Positions 40,039-54,237 of a stretch of DNA of 64,000 bases are shown piece after piece (the first letter of the stretch is position 1; every line of letters starts with the position of its first letter). Location: the NCBI GenBank assembly GCA_965153285.1, contig OZ229113.1, one strand, 5' to 3'. Below the pieces are notes generated by a model. The model was given only the letters and a program-made list of their open reading frames with translations. It made no database searches and was not told the DNA's origin. This stretch comes from Podarcis tiliguerta. Lineage: Eukaryota. A program made the position numbers and the translations under genes.

Positions 40039-43000
40039 CTGAAAAAAAACAAAATTAACAGAGTACATCAAATATTACGGAAATAATATTTTTTTGTGCT
40101 CCAATGATATGTTTAAATCTAGAAACAAAGGAATGATTTTAATTGTTCATAGACTTTTGCAAACATCCTCTCTCCCAGCTGTATTCGTATAGAAATAATG
40201 TCCATGTCACCTCCCCACATGTGCATGCATGCATCTTTCCTTCACCATTCTTTTCAATTCCTTCTATCACTGGTTTACTTATTCAATAATCAGAGGCAGG
40301 ACTGGGAACAGGGGACACAGCAGGAGCACAGGGGATACTCATGTACCAGAGTCCAAGCCAGTAGGGCCCCCAGGCTCTTAGATTTCTTTCTTTTTGAATA
40401 AGTCAATCAAACATTTATAAAGAAAATTGGAAAGCAGAATGTAGAAGCACCATTCTAAGGCTCCAGATACAGAAAAACTACTGTTGCTAAACACACTTAA
40501 CCACTTAGGGTGGAATTCAACACTGCAATATCACATTTTTTTTTCTCAGTAGAAAGGAAGCCTACATTTTCAGGCCATTTTATCCACATTGAAGAGTAAA
40601 ACAAACCTATCTTTCATCTTTAACATTTTTTAATGGTAGCACTAATAGAGACATGTTGGTGCCATTCATTGCTCCAAAGTTAGCATAAGTTTATTTGTAT
40701 CCTATGCTGGCAAGTCTTGATAAATCTTGCAGGAACTTTAGGTAATATGGCAAGGACTACAGAGAAACTGGTGGTCATTCTGGGTTAATTTGAAGAGACC
40801 AGTGGCACTTAAACAATGATGAAATTGTTTTTATTTATTTTTAATATATGCTTTTCTTTTTAATATATGCTTTATAATATGCTTTATTTGTTACAGACAA
40901 AGTAAAACATGGCTATCCTTCTGGAATTTTTCCAGGAGAGGTATTTTAGCAGGCCTTTTTTCATGGCAAAAAGAATTCCTTTCATGAGCTGGCATGTCAG
41001 AAAGAAATGACTTTAGACTACAAATCAAGGATTAAAGCTGTATTATTGGTGTACAGATTAAGCACACTTTTAACTTACTAGAAGTGGAGATGAAGTATGG
41101 TGTGATTGTTTGGGAGACACGGTTTACAACCAAGAGTTGCAATTCCACAGAGGTAACTTTTTACCAAAACAATTCTTAAAACAAAACTGCTGTGAATCAC
41201 CAACAAATAAAGGCAAACTAGCCAGAGAAATGTTTCTAGGAAATTTAGGCTGCAATGCTATACCAACTTACTAGAGGGGAAAATCACACTGAATTCAGTG
41301 TGACTTACAACTGAGTAGATGTGATTATGACTGCACTGTGAGTCGTTGTAGTCACACTTGTGCTAATGTAGGGAACAGATGAGCCAATCTGATCTGGTGG
41401 AAGGGAAACACAACATTTTCTTTGTGCACATGCATTTTAATTCTGAGAAAATAGATCAAAGCACCACCGCTCTTCTAGCACAAGTTTGGGGGAAGTACAT
41501 AGAAGGCAGCCAACAAACAAACAAACAAAACCCCTAAGAAAATAAAAAGAATGCCCTTTCTTCTGCATTTATTTTTGAGTGCCCAATTCACCATAATCAT
41601 GTTCCTCAGAATACAACCTGATGTAAATCAACACAGGGCGGAAAGTTGGGTCAATTATAGCTCAGGCAAAGCCCAAGGCTTACCAAGAAGATTTTATAAC
41701 ATGAGCTCAGGTGAGCATAATTCAACCATGGAGCAAGTTGCATGAAGTGCTATAAGGAGGATGGGACTTCTGACTTATAAAATTATGAGCAAAGACCTGT
41801 TAACAGCATACACTTTGAAGTAATGGGAATCTGAGGGTCCCCAAAGCAGTTTAGGACACAGAAAGGTTCTTGTTTAGCTCACTGACTGTGTTCAAAACCT
41901 TCCTGCTATTTCCAGAAGTCTCAAATTCAAACAGAATAATTTGAAGGAATGTGAACAACATTCGCTAATGTCACAGCTGGCTTCAACAGTGAATTTATTA
42001 TCCTTGCAATGTCAGTAGTATATCTAAAAATAAATGTAAAGTATTTGCAGGTGCACCAGGTTTTAGGATTAAGTGCTTCTAGTCATAAATGTGCTTTCAG
42101 CAACCTGTCTTCTGTCCTAGCTATCAGTATACACAATGAAAGGAAAGCAACTTTCAGTGCTTGCTATGAAATATAAGTATGAAAGTTGCTCCTTTACAGG
42201 GTTCTAAATATCTAGGCTCATGCATCCTTCAACACAGCTAGAGCTTCACTACTGTTATGGACTCCCACCTCTTCTAAACTTTTTTATGGTCAGCGTTCAA
42301 AACATCCATTGTTCTAGGTGCATTTTGTGACAGGGAATTTCATTAGTGAAAGCAGTTTCTGAACTCTGGGTGCAGTACTGCACCTAAGATTTCAGATTAA
42401 AACTGAAGAGTGGAAGGAAAGGAAGACCTTTTTCTGCCTCCCCACTTCAAGCTACTCTCTAGAGACCCTTTTAAGAATATTAGGAGGGTGGGCAGGGGAA
42501 GGACTAGACCACGTGAAAAATGAACGTAATATTTTAGCTGCAGTTCATTCATTTTCGTCTTTGTATTCTAGTTATTAAAAAGTGTGCCTAGACATTCTGT
42601 TGTTGCGCCCATAATCTAGGTTTAACGTGCCATTTAGCTCCTAGCTTTCATATCTCAGTTTCTAACACTGGTTAAGGTCCTTTCCCCACAAAAAAACCTC
42701 TACCTAAACACAATATAATGCAACAGAAGAGAATTACCTAATACGTAGCTATTTAAATTCAAGTACAGCTCCTTCAGTTTTAGCAGTTTAGAAACTGTGA
42801 TGCCAGTATCCATGGGAACTACATAGTTTCAAAGAAACAGTAAGCATTTTGTTTGTGTAAATCACTCGGAATGGATAGCACTGAATGAAGTTTTCGAAAA
42901 GCAAAATACAAACTCACATTATCAATATATGAGGAAAAGAAGTGCATGATGTAAAAAAAAAAAAAAAAAGGTTTGAACAATCCAAAACTGAGCTAGAATC

Positions 43001-43259
43001 ATGAGAGCTTCAGTATCTGAGGGAACTGTGATTTATACAGCAGCAACTCAAGACCATGGGCCAAGACTGACACCATAACACAATATACGAAGTGGAGCCA
43101 ACAGCATAGAGTACAGGCCAAAGACATCAGCCCTGCTAAATACTGCACAGGACATATTTTATTAAAAATATATGTTCATAAAATCCTTCTCTGTTGCAAA
43201 AAAGAGACCTACAAATGACAGTAATGCTTGAGAAATACAGCATATCTTAAAAACAATTA

Positions 43260-44189
43260 TGTGGACCAGCAGTCACACAGCATGTATCTCCAATGTCCCA
43301 TTGGACATTCCAATGTTCTATCATTGGAATGACCGCTCCCCACATCAAATGGGGGTGCCTTTTGCGTGGTCGCGCGCAGACCCCCAGATCCTATGTGGCC
43401 ATATAGCCTGGTTTCACCCTCCTCAGGCTGGATATCTGGAGGTCTCCACCTACCTTAAGCAGTTACCCAATCCCACCTGGGGAGGAGTTGCCAGGGGACC
43501 TGGCCAGGTAGGGAGAGGGACCGCCATACCCACACAATAGAGGGTGGATCTTACCTGGGAATCGCCAGTTGGCTCCAGAGCTTCTCCCAACCTGCCCTCC
43601 CACATTTAAGCCTTCCTTTGCAGGGTAACCTCTTCTCCACAGGTATACAGGTGCTGCTACATCATGGTCGCTGTTGAAGGGCTGGAGAGGAATTTTCCTG
43701 CATTGGCAGGTTTTGCCTTCCTTGTAGCAAAATGTCACAACTTTGGCAGTTTCAGGCATTGGGTGGAATCCTTTAGTCTATCTTCACTTAATGGGGGTGG
43801 GCGTGAAGCGGTGACCCCCCCCCGCCCCCCACGGTGGTGATCCCAGGGTCCCCTGTTAAAGGGGTTGTTCTGAGGGGAAGCATTGGCCATACACCAACTG
43901 GATGTTATTGCTTTCCCCTGTGACGATGGTGAAATGGGGGGTGGGCTCTCTGCTTGAACATATGTTCTCCAGAGCCAGCCCAATCCCCACACACTCTGGA
44001 TAACCCTGATGTTCCCCAGATCCCCAGACAGGGACTGGGAGGGATAAACGCCCAATGCCTAAGCCAAGGTCTCCCTACATCTGAAACTTTAATAAAGTTG
44101 TGGCCAATTTTAATCTCATGGCATATTGTCTTGAGTTGTTATTCCACTCAGGAGTCGCCTGGGGTTGGGGGGGACTCCGTCTGTCCACG
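43260..44189 (+). mobile_element. Solo-LTR-like element (~930 bp)
   Basis: GC-rich block with termini TGTGGAC...GTCCACG (6/7 inverted), TATA-like atttaag at ~43604 and AATAAA at 44091-44096, ~95 nt from the end. TSD not seen. Confidence 0.5.
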
Positions 44190-44299
44190 CAAAAGCACCT
44201 TGCGTGAAATCTTGCAGAGAGGACAGGATTATGTGGAAGGAGACAGCCCTCAAGTTATCCTGCACCTAGAATACTTAGAGCATTAAAGGTAATAACCAG

Positions 44300-44720
44300 T
44301 ACCTTAAATCGCACCTGAACATGCAGCTGTTGTAAAAGTACCGGTAAGTACTATCTGCATCCAGTTGTCAGTGTTCACCAAAACCTTTCCTGGTGCTTTG
44401 TAGACCAACTGAAATTTCCAGAGACTCTTCAAAGGGAGCCCCACACAGAGCACACTGCAGTAATATTTGGTGTAAATAAGGGATATGCCACTATATGCAC
44501 CAGCATAAACTGGACAAAAGCACCCCTGACCATGGCCTCTACTGAGCACCTAGAAGCAAAGTTGAATGTAGGAGTATTCCTAAACTGAGTGTTCAAGGGG
44601 TGTACTACCCTATCCAAAACAGGGTTAATCCCTATTCCTAGTTCCTTTTCCCCCTAACCAAGAACACTTTTGTCTTGCTAAAGTTAAGCTTCCATTAACT
44701 ACCTCTAATCTAGCCCATTA
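44300..44720 (-). mobile_element. Degenerate L2 LINE fragment
   Basis: ORF 44304..44549 contains YYCSVLCVGLPLKSLWKFQLVYKA, an L2 C-terminal motif. Confidence 0.75.
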
Positions 44721-46826
44721 TCATCTCTAACCACTCACTAAGTAAAGCAACAACTTTCCAGAAAACAAACAAGTGTTTTTCAGGACATCTTTGCTTCTTT
44801 CACTCTGTACCTTGAAGGCAATATATTAATAATATTACAAGCACTGCTGCTCTTTCCCCCTCATTTACAGTAGATGCACTGCAGTAGCCAAGCAATGCAC
44901 CCCCCCCCCATTGAAAACTACTTATTAATGATCTTAATATTTGAAACTGTGTATTTTTTACATATTTTGTAAGGCCCTAGATATTTTCCCTAGCATATTC
45001 CTCATTTCTTAATTCTTTTTGCAACAAATAGTTATTTAGTGGGATGTTTTTTCTCCCAGTGACCCATCTACCATTTCCAATGAATTTTACTGATATTCTT
45101 CTAATAAATATGTATTCAATGTGTTACTTGCAAAAGGAATCCTTTCTGTGCACATTGACCTCTTTCACTGATAATTTAATGAGTTACTCTCCCCCATCCC
45201 CAGTTTTACTCTGGCCTCCATAATCCGCAATATTCACCACATGTCAAAGTTTGTGTTTTATGATGAATCTCAAAGATAATCTATGCTACTTTAAAATCAG
45301 TGGGAAATGGCACAGCATGAAGATTAAGGACTCACATTTCTACAAATCATTTTTATTAAAGTCTTGTTTAAAAAATGCAAATAGCTGCCAAGTTGAATGT
45401 AACTTTGTCCTATTTCTAAACAGTTTTTCACATTATTACTGATAGCCAGTATTTTGGGGGGGGTGGTACTCAATGATACACATTACTAGCATCTCTTTTT
45501 GTTACTGTTAAAAAGTGTGGCACTCACTGTTACAACTTCATGGTGAGTACTGGCACCTGTTTTTCTAGAAAAAAAAGTACTGATAGCATTACCAATTAAC
45601 AGCACAATCCTATGCACATTGCTCAGAAGTACATCCCACTCAGCTCAGTGAAACTTACTCGCAAGTGTGTACAGGATTGTGGTCTATTTCAACAATGAGC
45701 TCAATAGGTTTTGCTGTCTTTGGCTGTTTTAAGAATCCTAGCCTTGTTCTTATTTTTATCTTTTAAAAGTAATCTTTCTATGTTCAGTATTATGGTTGGA
45801 ACATGAAAATAAAAAACCCTATTCTTTAACACTGTCTCTACTTTGGAAAGCAGGGTGAGTTGTTCTAATGTTATTGTTGTCTCCTTAGTTATTATACCGG
45901 AAAATCAATATAGTATAGTTTCAAAAATAATAATAATAAATGAAATAACTAATGCAAGCACGCGTACACATATAAACACACACTTAAATACATTCCTCAG
46001 TGCCAAAAATAAATAAGCAAATTTAATCCTATTATTTGTTTATTTTAATTCAATAGAAACAAAAATATGCCCTAGAATTGTGAACAAACAAGTTCACAAT
46101 CTTAAACTCGAAGAGCTGTCTTGAAACATAAATCCATATATGCATACAACTAGAAAATATAAATTCTCCATATTTTAAAGGTTTACAATTAAAATAATCT
46201 CACCGTAAAGGAAAATGGAAAAAATAAGAAAATATTGGCATATCCAATGTTTCATGCTGCCACCAGGTAAAATTGCTGTATTGTTTTTCTAAATTTATGA
46301 CAGCATGCTCTACTTAACAACAGCAGCAGCCATGCACAACTGTAGACACATCTAAAGCACCCATGCTCAGCCCACTAGATCCTTTTTCACCAATACAGGA
46401 CAAATATAGATTATGTTTGCAAACAGCAAGTTACTATTGTTTCCTCAAAATACCCAGCTAGAGGATAATCTATCATCCACTAAGGCAAAAGTGGCACATG
46501 TCTTCAGTTCCACAAAGCTTGAGTCACTGACAAGGCACTGGAATAATACGACCATATTCAGAGGGATAATGTTTATTCTCTGTGTTGTAGCAACTGCCAT
46601 GAGCTGTGCTACACGTTATATGATTTTTGTATTGTACTTTTAAAGACATACCACAGATTACCAGTTTGGGAACCCCTGCTGTATGGTTTTGGGGAGAGCA
46701 TGCAAAGATCTGCACCAGGAAGTCAATTTCCATTAAATAATGGCTCAAAGCAAAATCACAGTATACCCATTTTATCATATGGCTCAGTCTCCTTCTGAGT
46801 CTTGCAAATATATATCTACATCACAT

Positions 46827-47074
46827 CAGTGGCGGAACTTCATTCTCCGGCACCGGGGGAGGGGGCAAAGAGCAGGCGGGGGCGGGGCTGGCACGTGTCC
46901 CAGGGGTGGGGCACGCTGCCCACAGGGGTGTGGCGTGCGTCCTGGGGGTGTGGCATGCTGCCTTCAGAGGCGTGGCACCCAGCGTGGGCAGGGGGCGCAG
47001 CTGCGATGGCACCCCACCTGGATTGCGCTGCCGGGGGCGGTGCGCTCCCCCCCACTCCTCTTCCTCTGCCAGTG
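46827..47074. mobile_element. GC-rich hAT-type MITE, 248 bp
   Basis: TIR CAGTGGCGGA / TCTGCCAGTG (8/10) and perfect 8-bp TSD CATCACAT at 46819-46826 and 47075-47082. Confidence 0.88.
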
Positions 47075-47114
47075 CATCACATCCATTTAGCTATCCAAAG
47101 CTTCCAAACAACTA

Positions 47115-47746
47115 AATTTATCCAGCTTCATCTGGTACGCCAGCTGATAACCTACCTGCCTGCACCCTGTCTTGCCAGAGTGGTACATGCTCTGGTTATT
47201 TTCCACTTGGACTACAGCAGTGTGCTCTATGTGGGGCTTTCTTTGAAGGTGACTTGGAAACTACAACTAATCCAGAATGTGGCTGCCAGACTGGTGACTG
47301 GGAGTGGCTGCCAGGACCATATAACATTGATCCTAAAAGATCTATATTGGCTCCCAAGTATGCTTCTGTGCTCAATTCAAAGTGTTGGTGCTGATCTTTA
47401 AAGCCCTACATGGCTTTGGCCCGGTATACCTGAAGGAGCGTCTCCACTCCCATCGTTCAACCTGGACACTGAGATCCAGCTTTAAATGCCTTCTGGCAGC
47501 TTCCTCATTGAGAGAATTGAGGTTACAGGAATCCAGGCAGAGGGCCTCCTCGGTAGTCACGCCCACCCTGTGGAATGCCTGCCTGTAATATGTCAAGGAA
47601 ATAAACTATATGACTTTTAGAATACATCTGAAGGCAGCCCTGTATAGGGAAGGTTTTAATGTTTAATGTTTTCCTGTGTTTGGTGTTTTAATTTGTTAGA
47701 AGTTACCCAGAATGGCTGGCGGCATATAAATATAAATTATTGTTAT
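47115..47746 (+). mobile_element. L2 LINE 3' fragment (ORF2 C-terminus and 3' UTR)
   Basis: QLHLVRQLITYLPAPCLARVVHALVIFHLDYSSVLYVGLSLKVTWKLQLIQNVAARLVTG..DHITLILKDLYWLP, then a frameshift to VLVLIFKALHGFGPVYLKERL...RASSVVTPTLWNA; AT-rich tail. Confidence 0.92.
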
Positions 47747-48255
47747 CCTACCTATCTAGTTATTTCAGGACCTACTTACTTAGTTCCTCACTCCTTGTTT
47801 CTTGCTTGTCCCATGTGAATTCTACCACCGCCATAATATTTGAAATGCAACAAACTTGTGAGAAACTGTACAGAAATGCATTACAGTAATTTTCATATAT
47901 CTTTCTCCTAATGAAATGAGGTGAATATGCGGGAAATAACTGAAGGCACTCACACCTACACTAAACTTAAAGATGGAAGCCTATTGCATTATCTACATAA
48001 ATGTCAGCTGAAATGTCTAACAAGTAGGTGAAGATGCCCACACAGCTGTCTCCCAGGGCAATATTCTTTCCCTGTTGAAGTATGAGAAGGCACTAATAAG
48101 CATTAAGACAAATAAATGTGATCTTTAAACCACAGGAAAAGCTACTGGAAGCCTCTCTCTTTTCTACAAATGGAATTTTAAAAAATTAAACTTTTAACTT
48201 ATGAAAAGACCTTGACTATACATATAATTTATTATATAACTTGTGAAAAGGCTCT

Positions 48256-48319
48256 TGTTGCCAGGGAGATAGACTTAGGACAACCAGTGTTGCCAGGGAG
48301 ATAGACTTAGGACAACCAG
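48256..48319. repeat. Perfect 32-bp tandem duplication
   Basis: TGTTGCCAGGGAGATAGACTTAGGACAACCAG x2. Confidence 0.97.
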
Positions 48320-49539
48320 TTCTATGCACAATGCTTATAGCAATGTGGAAACCAATCAGATTTTTGTACATGCTGCTTTTCAAATATATATATAGAAACA
48401 GAAAACACAAAGCCCTTTTCCTCCACCTGAAGCAGTATGATCAAGGGGCTTGTGGGAGCAATACGAATAAAAATAACATTTTACCACTCTGCTGTTCTGA
48501 AACCCCTAATCAACAAAAAGTAGATGAGGCTTTCAACACCTATCAGCAAGAGTGTGGAATCAACATGGGCTTTGTGATTAGATTCCAAAAGGAAGCCTTT
48601 AAAGCATTTGGATGTGAAGAAAAAACCTAATGTAGAAATCTCTCTCCCTCCCTCCCTGCATACATCTTAAGGTATGTGAGGAAGCTGCAGCACTATTTTA
48701 TCAGGTGAACACGTCAAGAAGAGACAATCCATGCTTTCCTAAGTACCCATATTAAGTACCAGCCTGAATGGAATGTTTCACTGACATTTTTACATAGAAA
48801 GGAGCATAGTTCAGGAGATGGCTTCAAAACACATGATCCCCTGTGCAGTACACAATTATTCACATAAAGATTTCTGTTATGGGAATTATATCAAATGTGT
48901 TGAAGAAATTATGTGCAGACATCAGTAGGAACTTTCATGTGTGGGTATTATTATTATTACTGCTATCTTGCCAAAATGGCTTCTATATATATGTATAATA
49001 TGAAATGTAGGGAAAGACTTCTAAAATGTATTTAACTAACAATAATTTATTGAACTTATTTATATAGGACTATAATTGAAATAAGTATGGCAGCTCTAAA
49101 ACCTTAATACATTTTGTCAAAATGCAACTATAAAGTAAATGTGTCCAAGAAGCCCCAAACCACCATATTTCTCAAGCACAGTGAACAAGTAATAATTAAA
49201 CCGAGAAATCCATGCAGCAGACCCAATACATTTTATACATGCCTTCAAACATAAGAATGAATATAAGAACAATTGCATAATCCCTGCCATTATTTAATTT
49301 TATATAATCTCCATGCAGTCAAAGTGATCTTCTAAAAGTAGTCCTTCAGATAAATTCTGTCATAAATCTCAAATGCTATTAACTAAAAACAGGTATGTGA
49401 TACCTTCAATGTTAACTATAAATTTTGATGAAGTATGATAGTCCCCAGTTAGCATCACAACACTTCTAAATGTAAACAATAAAACATGGGTATTTAATTT
49501 AAATTGTATAATGAAAAATACACAAAATTTACAATTATT

Positions 49540-49725
49540 GGTATTATCCTATGCAATGGAAATCTGCCTGCACAATGGGACTTCCAGTTTCCTTCTCCCA
49601 CCCCTGGCATGCCCCCAAAATCTGCTCCAGAATGTCCCCCAACCTCCCAGAGCAGATTGTGTGCAGGAATGTGGGGCTGCAACAGGGGGATGAACAAGAA
49701 CGCTAGCTGCATAACTGAATCTCAC
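49540..49725. repeat. Old dispersed repeat, family C (core aaatctgctccaga...ccc...cagagcagatt)
   Basis: Quasi-palindromic core. Similar degenerate blocks at ~14770-14965, ~27834-28020, ~37340-37495, ~42400-42560 and ~51715-51875. Confidence 0.5.
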
Positions 49726-50516
49726 CCTCTGTCCAGCCACAGCCTGTCCAGGCTGTTTGTATTATAATAAATGCATGTTCAATTAAATCAACATTACTTG
49801 TAGGTAACTTATCTCAAATAAGTAGGGGCCAACTTTGCACGTGCAGAAGCAATCTTTCAAACATGCCAAAGGGGCATGAGTAAAAATGAGACACTGACTA
49901 AAGTATAATAAAATACAGATGGGAGACAGCTATGATCATTATGGCTGATTTTTCTCCACTTTGGTCCCACTCACTTGTAAACTAATATGTTCATGTTAGT
50001 GTTAAACTGCCTGGTGATACTGTTCCTTCTTTATATTCTTTAATAAATAGATCTACAGTGAATATTAATTCCTTCCACTCCAGAAAAGTCAAATGTGCAA
50101 ATTAATAAATTGCCTTGTTATACTGTTCTAGGTGAATAGCCATAAAAACAGGATACTGTTCTATATTGCGGAGGGGGATTAGATTTTTATTTAATAAATG
50201 TATATCCTGCCTTCTAAATAATTTCTCACAAAGTGGTAAATGAAACATCTCTAAGATACTGGAAATGAATTACTTAATATTAAGTAAGAACTGAAAAGAA
50301 TACAAAATTTCCTGACACATTCTTCCTCTCCTCTCCCTACAAGGAAAGGAACATAAAATGAAGTATTCTAAAATTACCAGGCAGGAATTGGCACTGTAGA
50401 TATCTTAATTATTAAGCAAATAAAAATGGTTTGACTGTAGAGGAAACCTCTGTTTACAATATTACACAGAATGCTTCTTTTAAAATAAAATTAAACAAGA
50501 TATGAAGGTGACCTCA

Positions 50517-50639
<123 letters not shown>

Positions 50640-50729
50640 TCATGGTTTCTCTTTAAGTACTAAATATACACAGACGACTTCAACAATAGCATTTATGAAA
50701 AACAAATATGCTAGTTATATATAACACAC

Positions 50730-50865
50730 CAGGCATAGGGAAACTCAGCCCTCCAAATGTTTTCAGACTACAATTCCCATCATCCCTGACCACTGGTCCT
50801 GTTAGCTAGGGATGATGGGAGTTGTAGTCCCAAAACATCTGAAGGGCCGAGTTTCCCTATGCCTA
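50730..50865. mobile_element. Palindromic hAT-type MITE, 136 bp
   Basis: Near-complete hairpin AGGCATAGGGAAACTC...GAGTTTCCCTATGCCT; 8-bp TSD TAACACAC / TAATACAC (1 mismatch). Confidence 0.9.
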
Positions 50866-53005
50866 TAATACACTGCTTTGAAAGCAGTTACAGTACAAGA
50901 TCATTACATGTAGCCATTGCTGAAACCTATTCCTTTGAAGTGTTTTATATTCATAGGGTTCTATGACATTTTGAATTGTCAGAACGTAATAAGGGTATTA
51001 ACATCCTATGGCGTTTGAAGTTTTCCAAATGGATAAAAATGGCTATCTACAATATTTGTGTATTTTGGAGAACATTGAAAGAGAAAAAATATATTCTACC
51101 CTGTAGCTGCAACTAAATTTGAAGGGAGAAGATTAACCATACCCTCCAACCACTAGGCAAAACCGGTTAATAACCAGAAAAGAAGAAACACATTGGTCCC
51201 CAAAGAGAACAAAAGACAACATTTGTGGAGATGCAAATTTATCTCATGCTATTCTTTGCTACTCTAATACAACATTATTTACATCCCAAGGCAGGAATGT
51301 TGCATCATTTATTGAACTGATTTAGGCTGCACTATGAAACACAGCACTTTGATTGACCTTAAATGAAAGAAATGTTTTTTTCTTCATATAAAGGGACATT
51401 GGAAATTTTAATTACACAACTTCTACTAAGAGTGAATCTTTCTGCTTATGATCCTTGAACCTGAGGGACTCATTTGTTATTTTTTACTTTTACTACCCAT
51501 ATAAAAATCAGATGTGTACATGTGATAACCCTATCCCTCCCCCTCTGTAGTGCCCCTTTTGATTAAGTTTACAGACATTGACTTCTCAAGGCCACCCAGC
51601 AAACTTTGTGACTGAGTAGAGATTTTCCTTTAGATTTGTCAGCCCAAGTGCATTCTACACCTGTAACTGGAACCTGCTGCATACTAATGCAGTGCCCAAT
51701 GTTCCTCTTCACTGTTGCACTGTATGCCCACCTCTGTGGTGCCCCATTCCATTATCCTACGTTTCTTCCCCCACCCCCAAACTGTCATAGAGCATTTCAA
51801 GGTCACTCAGCACATTCATTGGCTTGTTCGGGGGGGGGGGGGGGTGTTCAAAAGCCTTTTTGTACTTCTGCAAAACCTCTTTTGAAAACAGAGGAGAAGA
51901 GAGAAAATGAACATGAACATTTTAGCATGGGCACAATATTAACCACAACACATGCCAGAAACGTAGCACATTTCCCAGCCATCATCAGTTATGTCTCCTT
52001 CTGGATTTTTCCTACAGCACTAACGACAATTCTACCCCATTCTGACTTGTAACTTCCATTCAAAGCACTTTAATCTTCACCATTATCTATATTATAAACT
52101 ACCACAGTTGTTTGCCTTTTGAGCTTTTTAGCATGCTCTACTAGAATAAGGGAAAATGGGAAAAAAGATTTATCTCAGACAATCAGGTAAACAGTGTTTG
52201 GTTCTGGGGCTCTCATGAGTACTTTTCTATAAAATGACACAGCAGAGGATAGCTACAAAAAGAATCATGTGGAGTGAAATTCTAAGCCAGATTATTTTAA
52301 ACCCTTTCATACATGACTTCCAAACTATAAAGAATTGTATATTAAGCTTGCTCAAGATTTTCTATCTCAATGATATTTTTTAAAAGACATTTCTTTGAGA
52401 AGTTCCTGGTCCTATTCTTCAGGTTACGTGGTTCTCTTCTCACCCTTTAAATTTGTTTCATATGGAAATATGAAGCATTTGTAAAAATATTCTCCTGCCA
52501 TCTCCCCTCACTTGTATTCAACACTAAAAGCATGGAAAGATGGAAAAAATAACAGAAATCTCAGAGGAAACCAGTGAGTTGAAGGAAGGGCGAGGTGTAA
52601 TGCTGCTGCCAAATGGAGCAGATTTAAATACTGCACTGAAATGGCTGTTTCAACAGGTGGACCAGGAAAGAGTGAAGTGGTCCTAAAGAAAGCAAGTGAA
52701 AAAAGAGAGAACCTTATAAATATTCATCTCATTCTCAACATACTCCACAGCGCATTAGCTTTGGAGGCTTTAGGGTTTTAGATTGGGGGAAGCATGAAGA
52801 CAAAAATGAGACCACTGAAGCCAATTATGCAAAAAGAAAGCAGTATTACTTGGCATGAGAAGGAGGAAAGAACAGGATATATAAGAACAGTTAGCAACCA
52901 CAGCTTCTAAAACAACTTTCTTCCACAATAGTAGGTACACAAGATGGATAACGTTACCGTCCATGGTAAATCACTTTCATTTTTGCCCTTTGGTATCTTG
53001 TTAAA

Positions 53006-53369
53006 GGGATACGGGTGGCGCTGTGGGTTAAAGCCTCAGCGCCTAGGGCTTGCTGATCGAAAGGTTGGCGGTTTGAATCCCCGCGGCGGGGTGCGCTCCC
53101 ATTGTTCGGTCCCAGCGCCTGCCAACCTAGCAGTTCGAAAGCACTCTCGGGTGCAAGTAGATAAATAGGGACCGCTTACTAGCGGGAAGGTAAACGGTGT
53201 TTCCGTGTGCGGCTCTGGCTCGCCAGAGCAGCGATGTCACACTGGCCACGTGACCTGGAAGTGTCTTCGGACAGCGCTGGCCCCCGGCCTCTTTGAGTGA
53301 GATGGGCGCACAACCCTAGAGTCTGTCAAGACTGGCCCGTATGGGCAGGGGTACCTTTACCTTTACCTT
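53006..53369 (+). mobile_element. Sauria SINE (Squam1), full length, CpG-rich (young)
   Basis: Starts GGGATACGGGTGGCGCTGTGGGTTAAA and ends (ACCTTT)3. Perfect 12-bp TSD TATCTTGTTAAA at 52994-53005 and 53370-53381. Confidence 0.95.
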
Positions 53370-54237
53370 TATCTTGTTAAAATGTTGTTATTTTGAGTTT
53401 CTTGCATTGTCGTATTTTAAGATTCACACACATGATCAGTAAGGTACCATGCTGTGCACAACCTACTATTCCAAACACTGCAGCTGCTAAACTACAGTAT
53501 TGGGCTTCTGATAACATATTGTAGATCAAATATCCTATTATCATCTGAAAAACTGCAGGGTATTGAAGAGTAAATTGATAAAGCATATAGCTGTATAGAT
53601 CCTTTAACAATGGGATAGCAAGCTTGGCCAACGCTCTGTTACATGTGTGTCCCTACAGTGGCAAAATGTTGTTAGGTATGGGATAAAGACAGGTCACCAC
53701 TACCCAAAATGATTAATCAGCACCACTAATATGCAGTATAAAGTTACTGAGTCTTCAAGAAAAGCAATGGAGAAGATTGAGACTTCATTTGGAAGTTCAT
53801 TTCTTGAGAGATAAAGAAAGACACAGAGATGCAGATCTTTCTAATAGTAGGCCTAATGGTAAGCAGAAGCACACACAATAAACAGGAATGTAATTCACTT
53901 CCAAATTCATCTACTCTTTCCTTGAAGACTTCCCCACTAAATACTGAGGCCATATTTAAATGAAAGAATGAGCAGGCAGAGTAATCTATGCCTGGGTCAC
54001 ATCCATATGGGATTTTTATAACATGTTGTAAACAGGATATTGACTGGAGTTGGGTGCTTGGAGCATATTACCCCAATCATATCATTATCTTAGCTCTCAA
54101 TTGGTTTCAGGGGATAATTCAAACTGGCAATATTTACATCTTTAATACTCTAAGCCAAATAAATATGAAGACCCACCTTTGAATATTTGTTTCTTTTCCC
54201 ATTTTTACATTTAATAGCTACCATGGATATATGTTTA

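Noticed and set aside
43259-44286. Cluster of ~100-aa ORFs as gag or retroviral protein
   Set aside because: No gag, RT or integrase motif; explained by the high GC of an LTR-like block.
46802-47401. Longest ORF (199 aa) as a novel gene
   Set aside because: Chance read-through of a GC-rich hAT MITE into an L2 ORF2 remnant; non-ATG start and frameshifted downstream.
48256-48319. CRISPR-like 32-bp repeats
   Set aside because: Only two adjacent copies with no spacer, in a vertebrate intron.
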